From assembly GCA_964016885.1 (NCBI GenBank), contig OZ024745.1, positions 2,604,001 to 2,668,000 of the forward strand: 64,000 nucleotides of DNA, given 5' to 3'. This DNA is from Eledone cirrhosa (taxonomy: Eukaryota). Position numbers and translations under genes: made by a program. Every line of letters begins with the position of its first letter. The first letter of the stretch is position 1. The notes under the pieces were generated by a model. That model made no database searches. It had not been told where the DNA came from and was given only the letters and a program-made list of their open reading frames with translations. Below are positions 31,201-47,100 of this stretch, in pieces.

Positions 31201-34200
31201 GACACCAAGACACCAAGACACCTAGACACCGACACACAGAGACACTAAGCCACCGAGACACCGAGACACCAAGACACCAAGACACAGAGACACTGAGACA
31301 CCAAGACACCGAGACACCAATACATTGAGACACCGAGACACCAATACACCAAGACACCAAGACACCGAGACACCGAGACATCAAGACACCGAGACATCAA
31401 GACACCGAGATACGGAGACACCAAGACACCAAGACACCCAGACACCAAGACACCAAGACAACGAGGCATCAAGACACCGAGACACCGAGGCACCAAGACA
31501 CCAAGACACCAAGACACCAAGACACCGAGACACCGAAACGCTGAGACAAAGTGACACCGAGACACCAAGACACCGAGACAGCAAGACAGCAAGACACCAA
31601 ATACCGAGACACCAAGACACCAAGACACCGAGACACCGAGACACCGAGACACCGACACAACAAACACCAAGACACCAAGAAACCTAGACACCGAGTCACC
31701 AAGACACCCAGACACCAAGTCACCAAGACACCGAGACACCGAGACACCAAGACACCAAGAGACCAAGGCAAAAAGACACAAATACACCAAGACACCAGGA
31801 CACCGAGACAGCAAGACACCAAGCCACCGAGTCACCGAAACAACAAGACACCAAGACACCGAGACACCGAGACACCAAGACACCAAGACACTAAGACACC
31901 GGGACACCGAGACACCAAGACACCGAGACACCAAGACACCGAGACACCGAGACACCAAGACACCAAGACACCAAGACACCGAGACAACAAGACACCAAGA
32001 CACCAAGACACCTAGTCACCGACACACAGAGACATTAAGACACCGAGACACCGAGACACCAAGACACCAAGACACAGAGACACTGAGACACCAAGACACC
32101 GGGACACCAATACGTTGAGACACCGAGACACCAAGACACCAAGACACCAAGACACCGAGACACCGAGACATCAAGACACCGAGACATCAAGACACCGAGA
32201 TACGGAGACACCAAGACACCAAGACACCCAGACACCAAGACACCAAGACAACGAGACATCAAGACACCGAGACACCGAGGCACCAAGACACCAAGACACC
32301 AAGACACCAAGACACCGAGACACCGAAACACTGAGACATTGTGACACCGAGACACCAAGACACCGAGACACCAAGACAGCAAGACAGCAAGACACCAAGA
32401 CACCGAGACACCGAGACACCAAGACACCGAGACACCGAGACACCGAGACACCGAGACACCGGGACACCAAGACACCAAGACACTGAGACACCTGGACACC
32501 GAGACAACAAGACACCAAGACACCGAGACACCAATACACCAAGACACCAAGACACCAACACACCGAGACACCGAGACACCGAGACACCAAGACACCAACA
32601 CACCAAGACACCGAGACACCGAGACACCAATACACCGAGGCACCGAGAAACCAAGACACAAAAGACCCCAAGACACCGAGACACCGAGACACCGAGACAC
32701 AAAGACACCAAGACACCAAGACACCAAGACACGGAGACACCGAGGCACCAAGATACCGAGTCATCGACAAACCTAGACACCAAGACACCTAGACACCGAG
32801 ACATCAAGATACCGAGACACCACGACACCAAGAAACCGAGACACCAAGACACCAAGACACCAACACACCAAGACACCAACACACAAAGACACCGAGACAC
32901 CGAGACACCAAAACACCAAGAGAGCGAGACACCAAGACACGGAGTCACCGAGACACCAAGACACCAAGACACCGAGACACCGAGACACCAAGACACCAAG
33001 ACACCAAGACACCGAGACACCGAGACACCAAGACACCAAGACACCAAGACAGCGAGACACCGAGACATCAAGACACCTAGTCACCGAGACACCAAGACAC
33101 CGAGACACCAAGACACCAAGACACCAAAACACCAAGACACCAAGACACCGAGACACCAAGGCACCGAAACACCAAGACACCAAGACACCGAGAGACCGAA
33201 ACACAAAGACACCAAGACACCGAGACATCAAGACACCGAGACATCGAGACACCGAGACACCGAGACACCAAGACACCGATACACCGAGACACCAAGACAA
33301 AAACACCGAGACACCAAGACACCGAGACACCAAGACACAAAGACACCGAGACAACAAGACACCAAGACGCCAATATACCGAGACACCAAGACACCACAAG
33401 ACACCAAGACACCAAGACACCAACACACCGAGACACCGAGACATCAAGACACCGAGACACCAAGAAACCGAGACACCGAGACACCGAGACACCGAAACAT
33501 AAAGACACCAAGACACCAAGACATCGTGTCACCAAGACACCAAGACACCAAGACACCGTGACACCGAGACATCAAAACACAAAGACACCAAGACACCGGG
33601 ACACCCAGATACCAAGACACCGAGTCACCGAGTCACCAAGACACCAAGACACCAAGACAGCAAGACACTGACACACCTAGACACCGAGACACCAAGATAC
33701 CAAGACAGCAAGACACCCAGTCAACGAGACACCAAGACACCAAGACATCAAGACATCAAGACAACGAGACACCAAGACACCAAGACACCAAGAGACCAAG
33801 ACACCGAGAAACCGAGACACCAAGACACCAAGACACCGAGACACCGAGACACCGAGACACCAAGACACCATGACACCGAGACACCAAGACACCAAGACAC
33901 CAATACACCGAGACACCAAGACACCACAAGACACCAAGACACCGAGACACCGAGACATCAAGAAACCGAGACACCGAGACACCGAGACACCAAGACACCG
34001 AGACACCATGACACCGAGACACAAAGACAACAAGACACCGAGTCAGCGAGACACCAAGACACCAAGACACCGAGACACCGAGACACCAAGACACCGAGAC
34101 ACTGAGACAGCGAGACACCGTGACACCGAGACACCGAGACACAAAGACACCAAGACACAAAGACACCGAGACACCGAGACACCAAGACACCGAGTCACCG

Positions 34201-37200
34201 AGACACCAAATCACCGAGACACCGAGACACTAAACAACAAGACACCAAGACACCAAGTCAGCGAGACACCGAGACATCAAGACACCGAGATATCAAGACA
34301 CCAAGACATCAAGACACCGAGACATCAAGACACCAAGACACCAAGACACCGAGACACCGAGACACCAAGACACCGAGACACCAAGACACCGAGACACCGA
34401 GTCACCATGACACCCAGACACCCAGACACCAAGTCACCAAGACACCGAGACACCGAGACACCAAGACACCAAGACACCAAGACACAAAGACACAAATACA
34501 CCGATACACCAGGACACCGAGACAGCAGGACACCAAGCCACCGAGTCACCGAAACACCAAGACAACAAGACACCGAGACACCGAGACACCAAGATAACCA
34601 AGACACTAAGACACCGGGACACCGAGACACCAAGACACCGAGACACCAAGACACCGAGACACCGAGACACCAAGACACCAAGACACCAAGACACCAAGAC
34701 ACCAAGACAACAAGACACCAAGACACCAAGACACCTAGACACCGACACACAGAGACATTAAGCCACCGAGACACCGAGACACCAAGACACCAAGACACAG
34801 AGACACTGAGACACCAAGACACCTAGACACCAATACATTGAGACACCGAGACACCAATACACCAAGACACCAAGACACCGAGACACCGAGACATCAAGAC
34901 ACCGAGACATCAAGACACCGAGATACGGAGACACCAAGACACCAAGACACCCAGACACCCAGACACCAAGACAACGAGACATCAAGACACCGAGACACCG
35001 AGGCACCAAGACACCAAGACACCAAGACACCAAGACACCGAGACACCGAAACGCTGAGACACAGTGACACCGAGACACCAAGACACCGAGACAGCAAGAC
35101 AGCAAGACACCAAGATACCGAGACACCAAGACACCAAGACACCGAGACACCGAGACACCGAGACACCGAGACACCGAGACACCGGGACACCAAGACACCA
35201 AGACACTGAGACACCTAGACACCAAGACACCGAGACACCAATACACCAAGACACCGAGACACCAATACACCAAGACACCAAGACACCAACACACCGAGAC
35301 ACCGAGACACCAAGACACCAAGACACCAAGACACCGAGACACCGAGACAGCAATACACCGAGACACTGAGGCACCGAGGCACCGAGAAACCAAGACACAA
35401 AAGACACCAAGACACCGAGACACCGAGATACCGAGACACAAAGACACCAAGACACCAAGACACCAAGACACCAAGACACGGAGACACCGAGGCACCAAGA
35501 AACCGAGTCATCGAGACACCAAGACACCAAGACACCTAGACACCGAGACACCAAGATACCGAGACACCACGACACCAAGAAACCGAGACACCAAGACACC
35601 AAACACCAAGACACCAACAGACAATGTCACCGAGACACCGAGACACCAAAACACCAAGACAGCGAGCCACCAAGACACCGAGTCACCGAGACACCAAGAC
35701 ACCAAGACACCGAGACACCGAGACATCGAGACACCAAGACACCAAGACTACCGAGACACCGAGACACCAAGACGCCAAGACACCAAGACACCAAGACAGC
35801 GAGACACCGAGACATCAAGACACCTAGTCACCGAGACACCAAAAAACCGAGACACCAAGACACCAAGACACCAAAACACCAAGACACCAAGACACCGAGA
35901 CACCAAGACACCGAAACACCAAGACACCAAGACACCGAGATACCGAAACACAAAGACACCAAGACACCGAGACATCAAGTCACCGAGACATCGAGACACC
36001 GAGACACCGAGACACCAAGACACCGAGACACCGAGACACCAAGACACCAAGCACCGAAACACCAAGACACCGAGACACCACGACACAAAGACACCGAGAC
36101 ACCAAGACACCAAGACGCCAATATACCGAGACACCAAGACACCACAAGACAACAAGACACCAAGACACCAAGACACCGAGACACCGAGACATCAAGACAC
36201 CGAGACACCAAGAAACCGAGACACCGAGACACCGAGACACCGAAACATAAAGACACCAAGACACCAAGACACCAAGACAACAAGACACCGAGACACCGAG
36301 ACACCAAGACACCAAGACATCGTGTCACCAAGACACCAAGACGGCAACACACCGTGACACCGAGACATCAAGACACAAAGACACCAAAACACCGGGACAC
36401 CCAGATACCAAGACACCAAGACACCGAGTCACCGAGACACCGAGACACCAAGACACCAAGACATCAAGACACCAAGACAGCGAAACACCGAGACACCAAG
36501 ACACCGAGACATCAATACACCAAGACACCAAGATACCGAGACACCAAGATACCAAGACACCAAGACACCGAGTCACCGAGTCACCAAGACACCAAGACAC
36601 CAAGACACCAAGACACCGACACACCGAGACGTCAAGACACCAAGACACCGAGACACCGAGACACAAAGACACCAAGACACCAAGATACCAAGACACCAAG
36701 ACACACAGTCAACGAGACACCAAGACACAGAGACATCAAGACATCAAGACAACGAGACACCAAGACACCAAGACACCGAGACACCGAGACATCAAGACAC
36801 CGAGACAACAAGAAACCGAGACACCGAGACACCGAGACACCGAAACACCAAGACACCAAGACACCAAGACACCAAGACACCAAGACACCGAGACACCGAG
36901 ACACCAAGACGTCAAGACACCAAGACACCGAGACACCGAGACACAAAGACACCAAGACACCAAGACACCAAGACACGGAGACACCGAGGCACCAAGATAC
37001 CGAGTCATCGAGACACCAAGACACCAAGACACCTAGACACCGAGACATCAAGATACAGAGACACCACGACACCAAGAAACCGAGACACCAAGACACCAAG
37101 ACAACAAGACAACAACACACAAAGACACCGAGACACCGAGACACCAAGACACCAAGACACAGAGACACTGAGATACCAAGACACCGAGACACCAATACAT

Positions 37201-37600
37201 TGAGACACCTAGACACCAAGACACCAAGACACCAAGACACCGAGACACCGAGACATCAAGACACCGAGACATCAAGACACCGAGATACGGAGACACCAAG
37301 ACACCAACACACCCAGACACCAAGACACCAAGACAACGAGACATCAAGACACCGAGGCACCAAGACACCAAGACACCAAGACACCAAGACACCGAGACAC
37401 CGAAACACTGAGACACTGTGACACCGAGACACCAAGACACCGAGACAGCAAGACAGCAAGACACCAAGATACCGAGACACCGAGACACCAAGACACCGAG
37501 ACACCGAGACACCGAGACCCCGAGACACCGAGACACCGAGACACCAATACACCAAGACACCGTGACACCAACACACCGAGACACCGAGACACCAAGACAC
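23370..37600. repeat. HOR zone D: tandem duplication of about 7.1 kb (offset drifts from 7154 to 7115 to 7059)
   Basis: ORF pairs are 26113/33228 (7115), and 26811/33870, 28156/35215 and 29573/36632 (all 7059). The landmark atgacaccgagacacaaagacaacaag occurs at 23389 and 30543. Confidence 0.9.
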
Positions 37601-38109
37601 CAAGACACCAAGACACCGATACACCGAGAAACCAATACACCGAGACACCGAGGCACCGAGGCACCGAGAAACCAAGACACAAAAGACACCAAGACACCGA
37701 GACATCGAGATACCGAGACACAAAGACACCAAGACACCAAGACACCAAGACACGGAGACACCGAGGCACCAAGAAACCGAGTCATCGATACACCAAGACA
37801 CCAAGACACCTAGACACCGAGACACCAAGATACCGAGACACCACGACACCAAGAAACCGAGACACCAAGACACGAAGACACCAAGACACCAAGACACCAA
37901 CACACAATGACACCGAGACACCGAGACACCAAAACACCAAGACAGCGAGACACCAAGACACCGAGTCACCGAGACACCAAGACACCAAGACACCGAGACA
38001 CCGAGACATCGAGACACCAAGACACCAAGACACCGAGACACCGAGACACCAAGACACCAAGACACCAAGACACCAAGACAGCGAGACACCGAGACATCAG
38101 GACACCTAG

Positions 38110-41100
38110 TCACCGAGACACCAAGACACCGAGACACCAAGACACCGAGACACCAAAACACCAAGACACCAAGACACCGAGACACCAAGACACCGAAACA
38201 CCAAGACACCAAGACACCGAGATACCGAAACACAAAGACACCAAGACACCGAGACATCAAGACACCGAGACATCGAGACACCGAGACACCGAGACACCAA
38301 GACACCGAGACACCGAGACACCAAGACACCAAACACCGAAACACCAAGACACCGAGACACCAAGACACAAAGACACCGAGACACCAAGACACCAAGACGC
38401 CAATATCCCGAGACACCAAGACACCACAAGACACCAAGACACCAAGACACCAAGACACCGAGACACCGAGACATCAAGACACCGAGACACCAAGAAATCG
38501 AGACACCGAGACACCGAAACATAAAGACACCAAGACACCAAGACACCAAGACAACAAGACACCGAGACACCGAGACACCAAGACACCAAGACATCGTGTC
38601 ACCAAGACACCAAGACAGCAACACACCGTGACACCGAGACATCAAGACACAAAGACACCAAGACACCGGGACACCCAGATACCAAGACACCAAGACACTG
38701 AGTCACCGAGACACCGAGACACCAAGACACCAAGACATCAAGACACCAAGACAGCGAAACAACGAGACACCATGACACCGAGACATCAAGACACCAAGAC
38801 ACCAAGATACCGAGACACCAAGATACCAAGACACTAAGACAACGAGTCACCGGGTCACCAAGACACCAAGACACCAAGACACCAAGACACCGACACACCG
38901 AGACGTCAAGACACCAAGACACCGAGACACCGAGACACAAAGACACCAAGACACCAAGATACCAAGACACCAAGACACCCAGTCAACGAGAGACCAAGAC
39001 ACCAAGACATCAAGACATCAAGACAACGAGACACCAAGACACCAAGACACCGAGACACCGAGACATCAAGACACCGAGACAACAAGAAACCGAGACACCG
39101 AGACACCGAGACACCGAAACACCAAGACACCAAGACACCAAGACACCAAGACACCAAGACACCGAGACACCGAGACACCAAGACGTCAAGACACCAAGAC
39201 ACCGAGACACCGAGACACCAAGACACCAAGACACCAAGACACCAAGACACGGAGACACCGAGGCACCAAGATACCGAGTCATCGAGACACCAAGACACCA
39301 AGACACCTAGACACCGAGACATCAAGATACCGAGACACCACGACACCAAGAAACCGAGACACCAAGACACCAAGACACCAAGAGACCAACACACAAAGAC
39401 ACCGAGACACCGAGACACCAAAACACCAAGACAGCGAGACACCAAGACACCGAGTCACCGAGACACCAAGACACCAAGACACCAAGACACCGAGACACCG
39501 AGACACCAAGACACCAAGACACCGAGACACCGAGACACCAAGACACCAAGACACCAAGACAGCGAGACACCGAGACATCAAGACACCTAGTCACCGAGAC
39601 ACCAAGACACCGAGACACCAAGGCACCAAGACACCAAAACACCAAGACACCAAGTCACCGAGACACCAAGACACCGAAACACCAAGACACCAAGACACCG
39701 AGACACCGAAACACAAAGACACCAAGACACCGAGACATCAAGACACCGAGACATCGAGACACCGATACACCAAGACACCGAGACACCGAGACACCAAGAC
39801 ACCAAACACCGAGACACCAAGACACCGAGACACCAAGACACAAAGACACCGAAACACCAAGACACCAAGACGCCAATATACCGAGACACCAAGACACCAC
39901 AAGACACCAAGACACCAAGACACCAAGACACCGAGACACCGAGACATCAAGACACCGAGACACCAAGAAACCGAGACACCGAGACACCGAGACACTGAAA
40001 CATAAAGACACCAAGACACCAAGACACCAAGACAACAAGACACCGAGACACCGAGACACCAAGACACCAAGACATCGTGTCACCAAGACACCAAGACACC
40101 AAGACACCGTGACACCGAGACATCAAAACACAAAGACACCAAGACGCCGGGACACCCAGATACCAAGACACCAAGACACCGAGTCACCGAGTCACCAAGA
40201 CACCAAGACACCAAGACACCGACACACCGAGACACCAAGACACCAAGATACCAAGACACCGAGACACCCAGTCAACGAGACACAAAGACACCAAGACATC
40301 AAGACATCACGACATCGAGAGACCAAGACACCAAGACACCGAGACACCGAGACATCAAGACACCGAGACAACAAGAAACCGAGACACCGAGACACCGAGA
40401 CACCTAAACACAAAGACACCAAGACACCAAGACACCAAGACACCAAGACACCGAGACACCGAGACACCAAGACGTCAAGACACCAAGACACCGAGACAGC
40501 AAGACACCAAGACACCATGACACCGAGACACCAAGACACCAAGACACTAAGACACCGAGACACCAAGACACCGAGACACCGAGACACCGAGACACAAAGA
40601 CACCAAGACACCAAGACACCAAGACACGGAGACACCGAGGCACCAAGATACCGAGTCATCGAGACACCAAGACACCAAGACACCTAGACACCGAGACATC
40701 AAGACACCGAGACACCAAGACACCGAGACACCAAGACACCGAGACACCAAGACACCGAGACACCAAAACACCAAGACACCAAGACACCGAGACACCAAGA
40801 CACCGAAACACCAAGACACCAAGACACCGAGATACCGAAACACAAAGACACCAAGACACCGAGACATCAAGACACCGAGACATCGAGACACCGAGACACC
40901 GAGACACCAAGACACCGAGACACCGAGACACCAAGACACCAAACACCGAAACACCAAGACACCGAGACACCAAGACACAAAGACACCGAGACACCAAGAC
41001 ACCAAGACGCCAATATCCCGAGACACCAAGACACCACAAGACACCAAGACACCAAGACACCAAGACACCGAGACACCGAGACATCAAGACACCGAGACAC

Positions 41101-44100
41101 CAAGAAATCGAGACACCGAGACACCGAAACATAAAGACACCAAGACACCAAGACACCAAGACAACAAGACACCGAGACACCGAGACACCAAGACACCAAG
41201 ACATCGTGTCACCAAGACACCAAGACAGCAACACACCGTGACACCGAGACATCAAGACACAAAGACACCAAGACACCGGGACACCCAGATACCAAGACAC
41301 CAAGACACTGAGTCACCGAGACACCGAGACACCAAGACACCAAGACATCAAGACACCAAGACAGCGAAACAACGAGACACCATGACACCGAGACATCAAG
41401 ACACCAAGACACCAAGATACCGAGACACCAAGATACCAAGACACTAAGACAACGAGTCACCGAGTCACCAAGACACCAAGACACCAAGACACCAAGACAC
41501 CGACACACCGAGACGTCAAGACACCAAGACACCGAGACACCGAGACACAAAGACACCAAGACACCAAGATACCAAGACACCAAGACACCCAGTCAACGAG
41601 AGACCAAGACACCAAGACATCAAGACATCAAGACAACGAGACACCAAGACACCAAGACACCGAGACACCGAGACATCAAGACACCGAGACAACAAGAAAC
41701 CGAGACACCGAGACACCGAGACACCGAAACACCAAGACACCAAGACACCAAGACACCAAGACACCAAGAAACCGAGACACCGAGACACCAAGACGTCAAG
41801 ACACCAAGACACCGAGACACCGAGACACAAAGACACCAAGACACCAAGACACCAAGACACGGAGACACCGAGGCACCAAGATACCGAGTCATCGAGACAC
41901 CAAGACACCAAGACACCTAGACACCGAGACATCAAGATACCGAGACACCACGACACCAAGAAACCGAGACACCAAGACACCAAGACACCAAGAGACCAAC
42001 ACACAAAGACACCGAGACACCGAGACACCAAAACACCAAGACAGCGAGACACCAAGACACCGAGTCACCGAGACACCAAGACACCAAGACACCAAGACAC
42101 CGAGACACCGAGACACCAAGACACCAAGACACCGAGACACCGAGACACCAAGACACCAAGACACCAAGACAGCGAGACACCGAGACATCAAGACACCTAG
42201 TCACCGAGACACCAAGACACCGAGACACCAAGGCACCAAGACACCAAAACACCAAGACACCAAGTCACCGAGACACCAAGACACCGAAACACCAAGACAC
42301 CAAGACACCGAGACACCGAAACACAAAGACACCAAGACACCGAGACATCAAGACACCGAGACATCGAGACACCGATACACCAAGACACCGAGACACCGAG
42401 ACACCAAGACACCAAACACCGAGACACCAAGACACCGAGACACCAAGACACAAAGACACCGAAACACCAAGACACCAAGACGCCAATATACCGAGACACC
42501 AAGACACCACAAGACACCAAGACACCAAGACACCAAGACACCGAGACACCGAGACATCAAGACACCGAGACACCAAGAAACCGAGACACCGAGACACCGA
42601 GACACTGAAACATAAAGACACCAAGACACCAAGACACCAAGACAACAAGACACCGAGACACCGAGACACCAAGACACCAAGACATCGTGTCACCAAGACA
42701 CCAAGACACCAAGACACCGTGACACCGAGACATCAAAACACAAAGACACCAAGACGCCGGGACACCCAGATACCAAGACACCAAGACACCGAGTCACCGA
42801 GTCACCAAGACACCAAGACACCAAGACACCGACACACCGAGACACCAAGACACCAAGATACCAAGACACCGAGACACCCAGTCAACGAGACACAAAGACA
42901 CCAAGACATCAAGACATCACGACATCGAGAGACCAAGACACCAAGACACCGAGACACCGAGACATCAAGACACCGAGACAACAAGAAACCGAGACACCGA
43001 GACACCGAGACACCTAAACACAAAGACACCAAGACACCAAGACACCAAGACACCAAGACACCGAGACACCGAGACACCAAGACGTCAAGACACCAAGACA
43101 CCGAGACAGCAAGACACCAAGACACCATGACACCGAGACACCAAGACACCAAGACACTAAGACACCGAGACACCAAGACACCGAGACACCGAGACACCGA
43201 GACACAAAGACACCAAGACACCAAGACACCAAGACACGGAGACACCGAGGCACCAAGATACCGAGTCATCGAGACACCAAGACACCAAGACACCTAGACA
43301 CCGAGACATCAAGATACCGAGACACCACGACACCAAGAAACCGAGACACCAAGACACCAAGACACCAAGAGACCAACACACAAAGACACCGAGACACCGA
43401 GACACCAAAACACCAAGACAGCGAGACACCAAGACACCGAGTCACCGAGACATCGAGACACCGAGACACCGAGACACCAAGACACCGAGACACCGAGACA
43501 CCAAGACACCAAACACCGAAACACCAAGACACCGAGACACCAAGACACAAAGACACCGAGACACCAAGACACCAAGACGCCAATATCCCGAGACACCAAG
43601 ACACCACAAGACACCAAGACACCAAGACACCAAGACACCGAGACACCGAGACATCAAGACACCGAGACACCAAGAAATCGAGACACCGAGACACCGAAAC
43701 ATAAAGACACCAAGACACCAAGACACCAAGACAACAAGACACCGAGACACCGAGACACCAAGACACCAAGACATCGTGTCACCAAGACACCAAGACAGCA
43801 ACACACCGTGACACCGAGACATCAAGACACAAAGACACCAAGACACCGGGACACCCAGATACCAAGACACCAAGACACTGAGTCACCGAGACACCGAGAC
43901 ACCAAGACACCAAGACATCAAGACACCAAGACAGCGAAACAACGAGACACCATGACACCGAGACATCAAGACACCAAGACACCAAGATACCGAGACACCA
44001 AGATACCAAGACACTAAGACAACGAGTCACCGAGTCACCAAGACACCAAGACACCAAGACACCAAGACACCGACACACCGAGACGTCAAGACACCAAGAC

Positions 44101-47100
44101 ACCGAGACACCGAGACACAAAGACACCAAGACACCAAGATACCAAGACACCAAGACACCCAGTCAACGAGAGACCAAGACACCAAGACATCAAGACATCA
44201 AGACAACGAGACACCAAGACACCAAGACACCGAGACACCGAGACATCAAGACACCGAGACAACAAGAAACCGAGACACCGAGACACCGAGACACCGAAAC
44301 ACCAAGACACCAAGACACCAAGACACCAAGACACCAAGACACCGAGACACCGAGACACCAAGACGTCAAGACACCAAGACACCGTGACACCGAGACACAA
44401 AGACACCAAGACACCAAGACACCAAGACACGGAGACACCTAGGCACCAAGATACCGAGTCATCGAGACACCAAGACACCAAGACACCTAGACACCGAGAC
44501 ATCAAGATACCGAGACACCACGACACCAAGAAACCGAGACACCAAGACACCAAGACACCAAGAGACCAACACACAAAGACACCGAGACACCGAGACACCA
44601 AAACACCAAGACAGCGAGACACCAAGACACCGAGCCACCGAGACACCAAGACACCAAGACACCAAGACACCGAGACACCGAGACACCAAGACACCAAGAC
44701 ACCGAGACACCGAGACACCAAGACACCAAGACACCAAGACAGCGAGACACCGAGACATCAAGACACCTAGTCACCGAGACACCAAGACACCGAGACACCA
44801 AGGCACCAAGACACCAAAACACCAAGACACCAAGTCACCGAGACACCAAGACACCGAAACACCAAGACACCAAGACACCGAGACACCGAAACACAAAGAC
44901 ACCAAGACACCGAGACATCAAGACACCGAGACATCGAGACACCGATACACCAAGACACCGAGACACCGAGACACCAAGACACCAAACACCGAGACACCAA
45001 GACACCGAGACACCAAGACACAAAGACACCGAAACACCAAGACACCAAGACGCCAATATACCGAGACACCAAGACACCACAAGACACCAAGACACCAAGA
45101 CACCAAGACACCGAGACACCGAGACATCAAGACACCGAGACACCAAGAAACCGAGACACCGAGACACCGAGACACTGAAACATAAAGACACCAAGACACC
45201 AAGACACCAAGACAACAAGACACCGAGACACCGAGACACCAAGACACCAAGACATCGTGTCACCAAGACACCAAGACACCAAGACACCGTGACACCGAGA
45301 CATCAAAACACAAAGACACCAAGACGCCGGGACACCCAGATACCAAGACACCAAGACACCGAGTCACCGAGTCACCAAGACACCAAGACACCAAGACACC
45401 GACACACCGAGACACCAAGACACCAAGATACCAAGACACCGAGACACCCAGTCAACGAGACACAAAGACACCAAGACATCAAGACATCACGACATCGAGA
45501 GACCAAGACACCAAGACACCGAGACACCGAGACATCAAGACACCGAGACAAAAAGAAACCGAGACACCGAGACACCGAGACACCTAAACACAAAGACACC
45601 AAGACACCAAGACACCAAGACACCAAGACACCGAGACACCGAGACACCAAGACGTCAAGACACCAAGACACCGAGACAGCAAGACACCAAGACACCATGA
45701 CACCGAGACACCAAGACACCGAGACACCGAGACACCGAGACACAAAGACACCAAGACACCAAGACACCAAGACACGGAGACACCGAGGCACCAAGATACC
45801 GAGTCATCGAGACACCAAGACACCAAGACACCTAGACACCGAGACATCAAGATACCGAGACACCACGACACCAAGAAACCGAGACACCAAGACACCAAGA
45901 CACCAAGAGACCAACACACAAAGACACCGAGACACCGAGACACCAAAACACCAAGACAGCGAGACACCAAGACACCGAGTCACCGAGACACCAAGACACC
46001 AAGACACCAAGACACCGAGACACCGAGACACCAAGACACCAAGACACCGAGACACCGAGACACCAAGACACCAAGACACCAAGACAGCGAGACACCGAGA
46101 CATCAAGACACCTAGTCACCGAGACACCAAGACACCGAGACACCAAGGCACCAAGACACCAAAACACCAAGACACCAAGTCACCGAGACACCAAGACACC
46201 GAAACACCAAGACACCAAGACACCGAGACACCGAAACACAAAGACACCAAGACACCGAGACATCAAGACACCGAGACATCGAGACACCGATACACCAAGA
46301 CACCGAGACACCGAGACACCAAGACACCAAACACCGAGACACCAAGACACCGAGACACCAAGACACAAAGACACCGAAACACCAAGACACCAAGACGCCA
46401 ATATACCGAGACACCAAGACACCACAAGACACCAAGACACCAAGACACCAAGACACCGAGACACCGAGACATCAAGACACCGAGACACCAAGAAACCGAG
46501 ACACCGAGACACCGAGACACTGAAACATAAAGACACCAAGACACCAAGACACCAAGACACCAAGACATCGTGTCACCAAGACACCAAGACACCAAGACAC
46601 CGTGACACCGAGACATCAAAACACAAAGACACCAAGACGCCGGGACACCCAGATACCAAGACACCAAGACACCGAGTCACCGAGTCACCAAGACACCAAG
46701 ACACCAAGACACCGACACACCGAGACACCAAGACACCAAGATACCAAGACACCGAGACACCCAGTCAACGAGACACAAAGACACCAAGACATCAAGACAT
46801 CACGACATCGAGAGACCAAGACACCAAGACACCGAGACACCGAGACATCAAGACACCGAGACAACAAGAAACCGAGACACCGAGACACCGAGACACCTAA
46901 ACACAAAGACACCAAGACACCAAGACACCAAGACACCAAGACACCGAGACACCGAGACACCAAGACGTCAAGACACCAAGACACCGAGACAGCAAGACAC
47001 CAAGACACCATGACACCGAGACACCAAGACACCAAGACACTAAGACACCGAGACACCAAGACACCGAGACACCGAGACACCGAGACACCCAGACATCAAG
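38110..47100. repeat. HOR zone E: three copies of a unit of about 2.6 kb (offsets 2610 and 2570), followed by a half-unit of about 1.3 kb (offsets 1345 and 1313)
   Basis: ORF series are 38599/41209/43779, 40109/42719/45289/46602 and 44767/46112. Confidence 0.92.
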
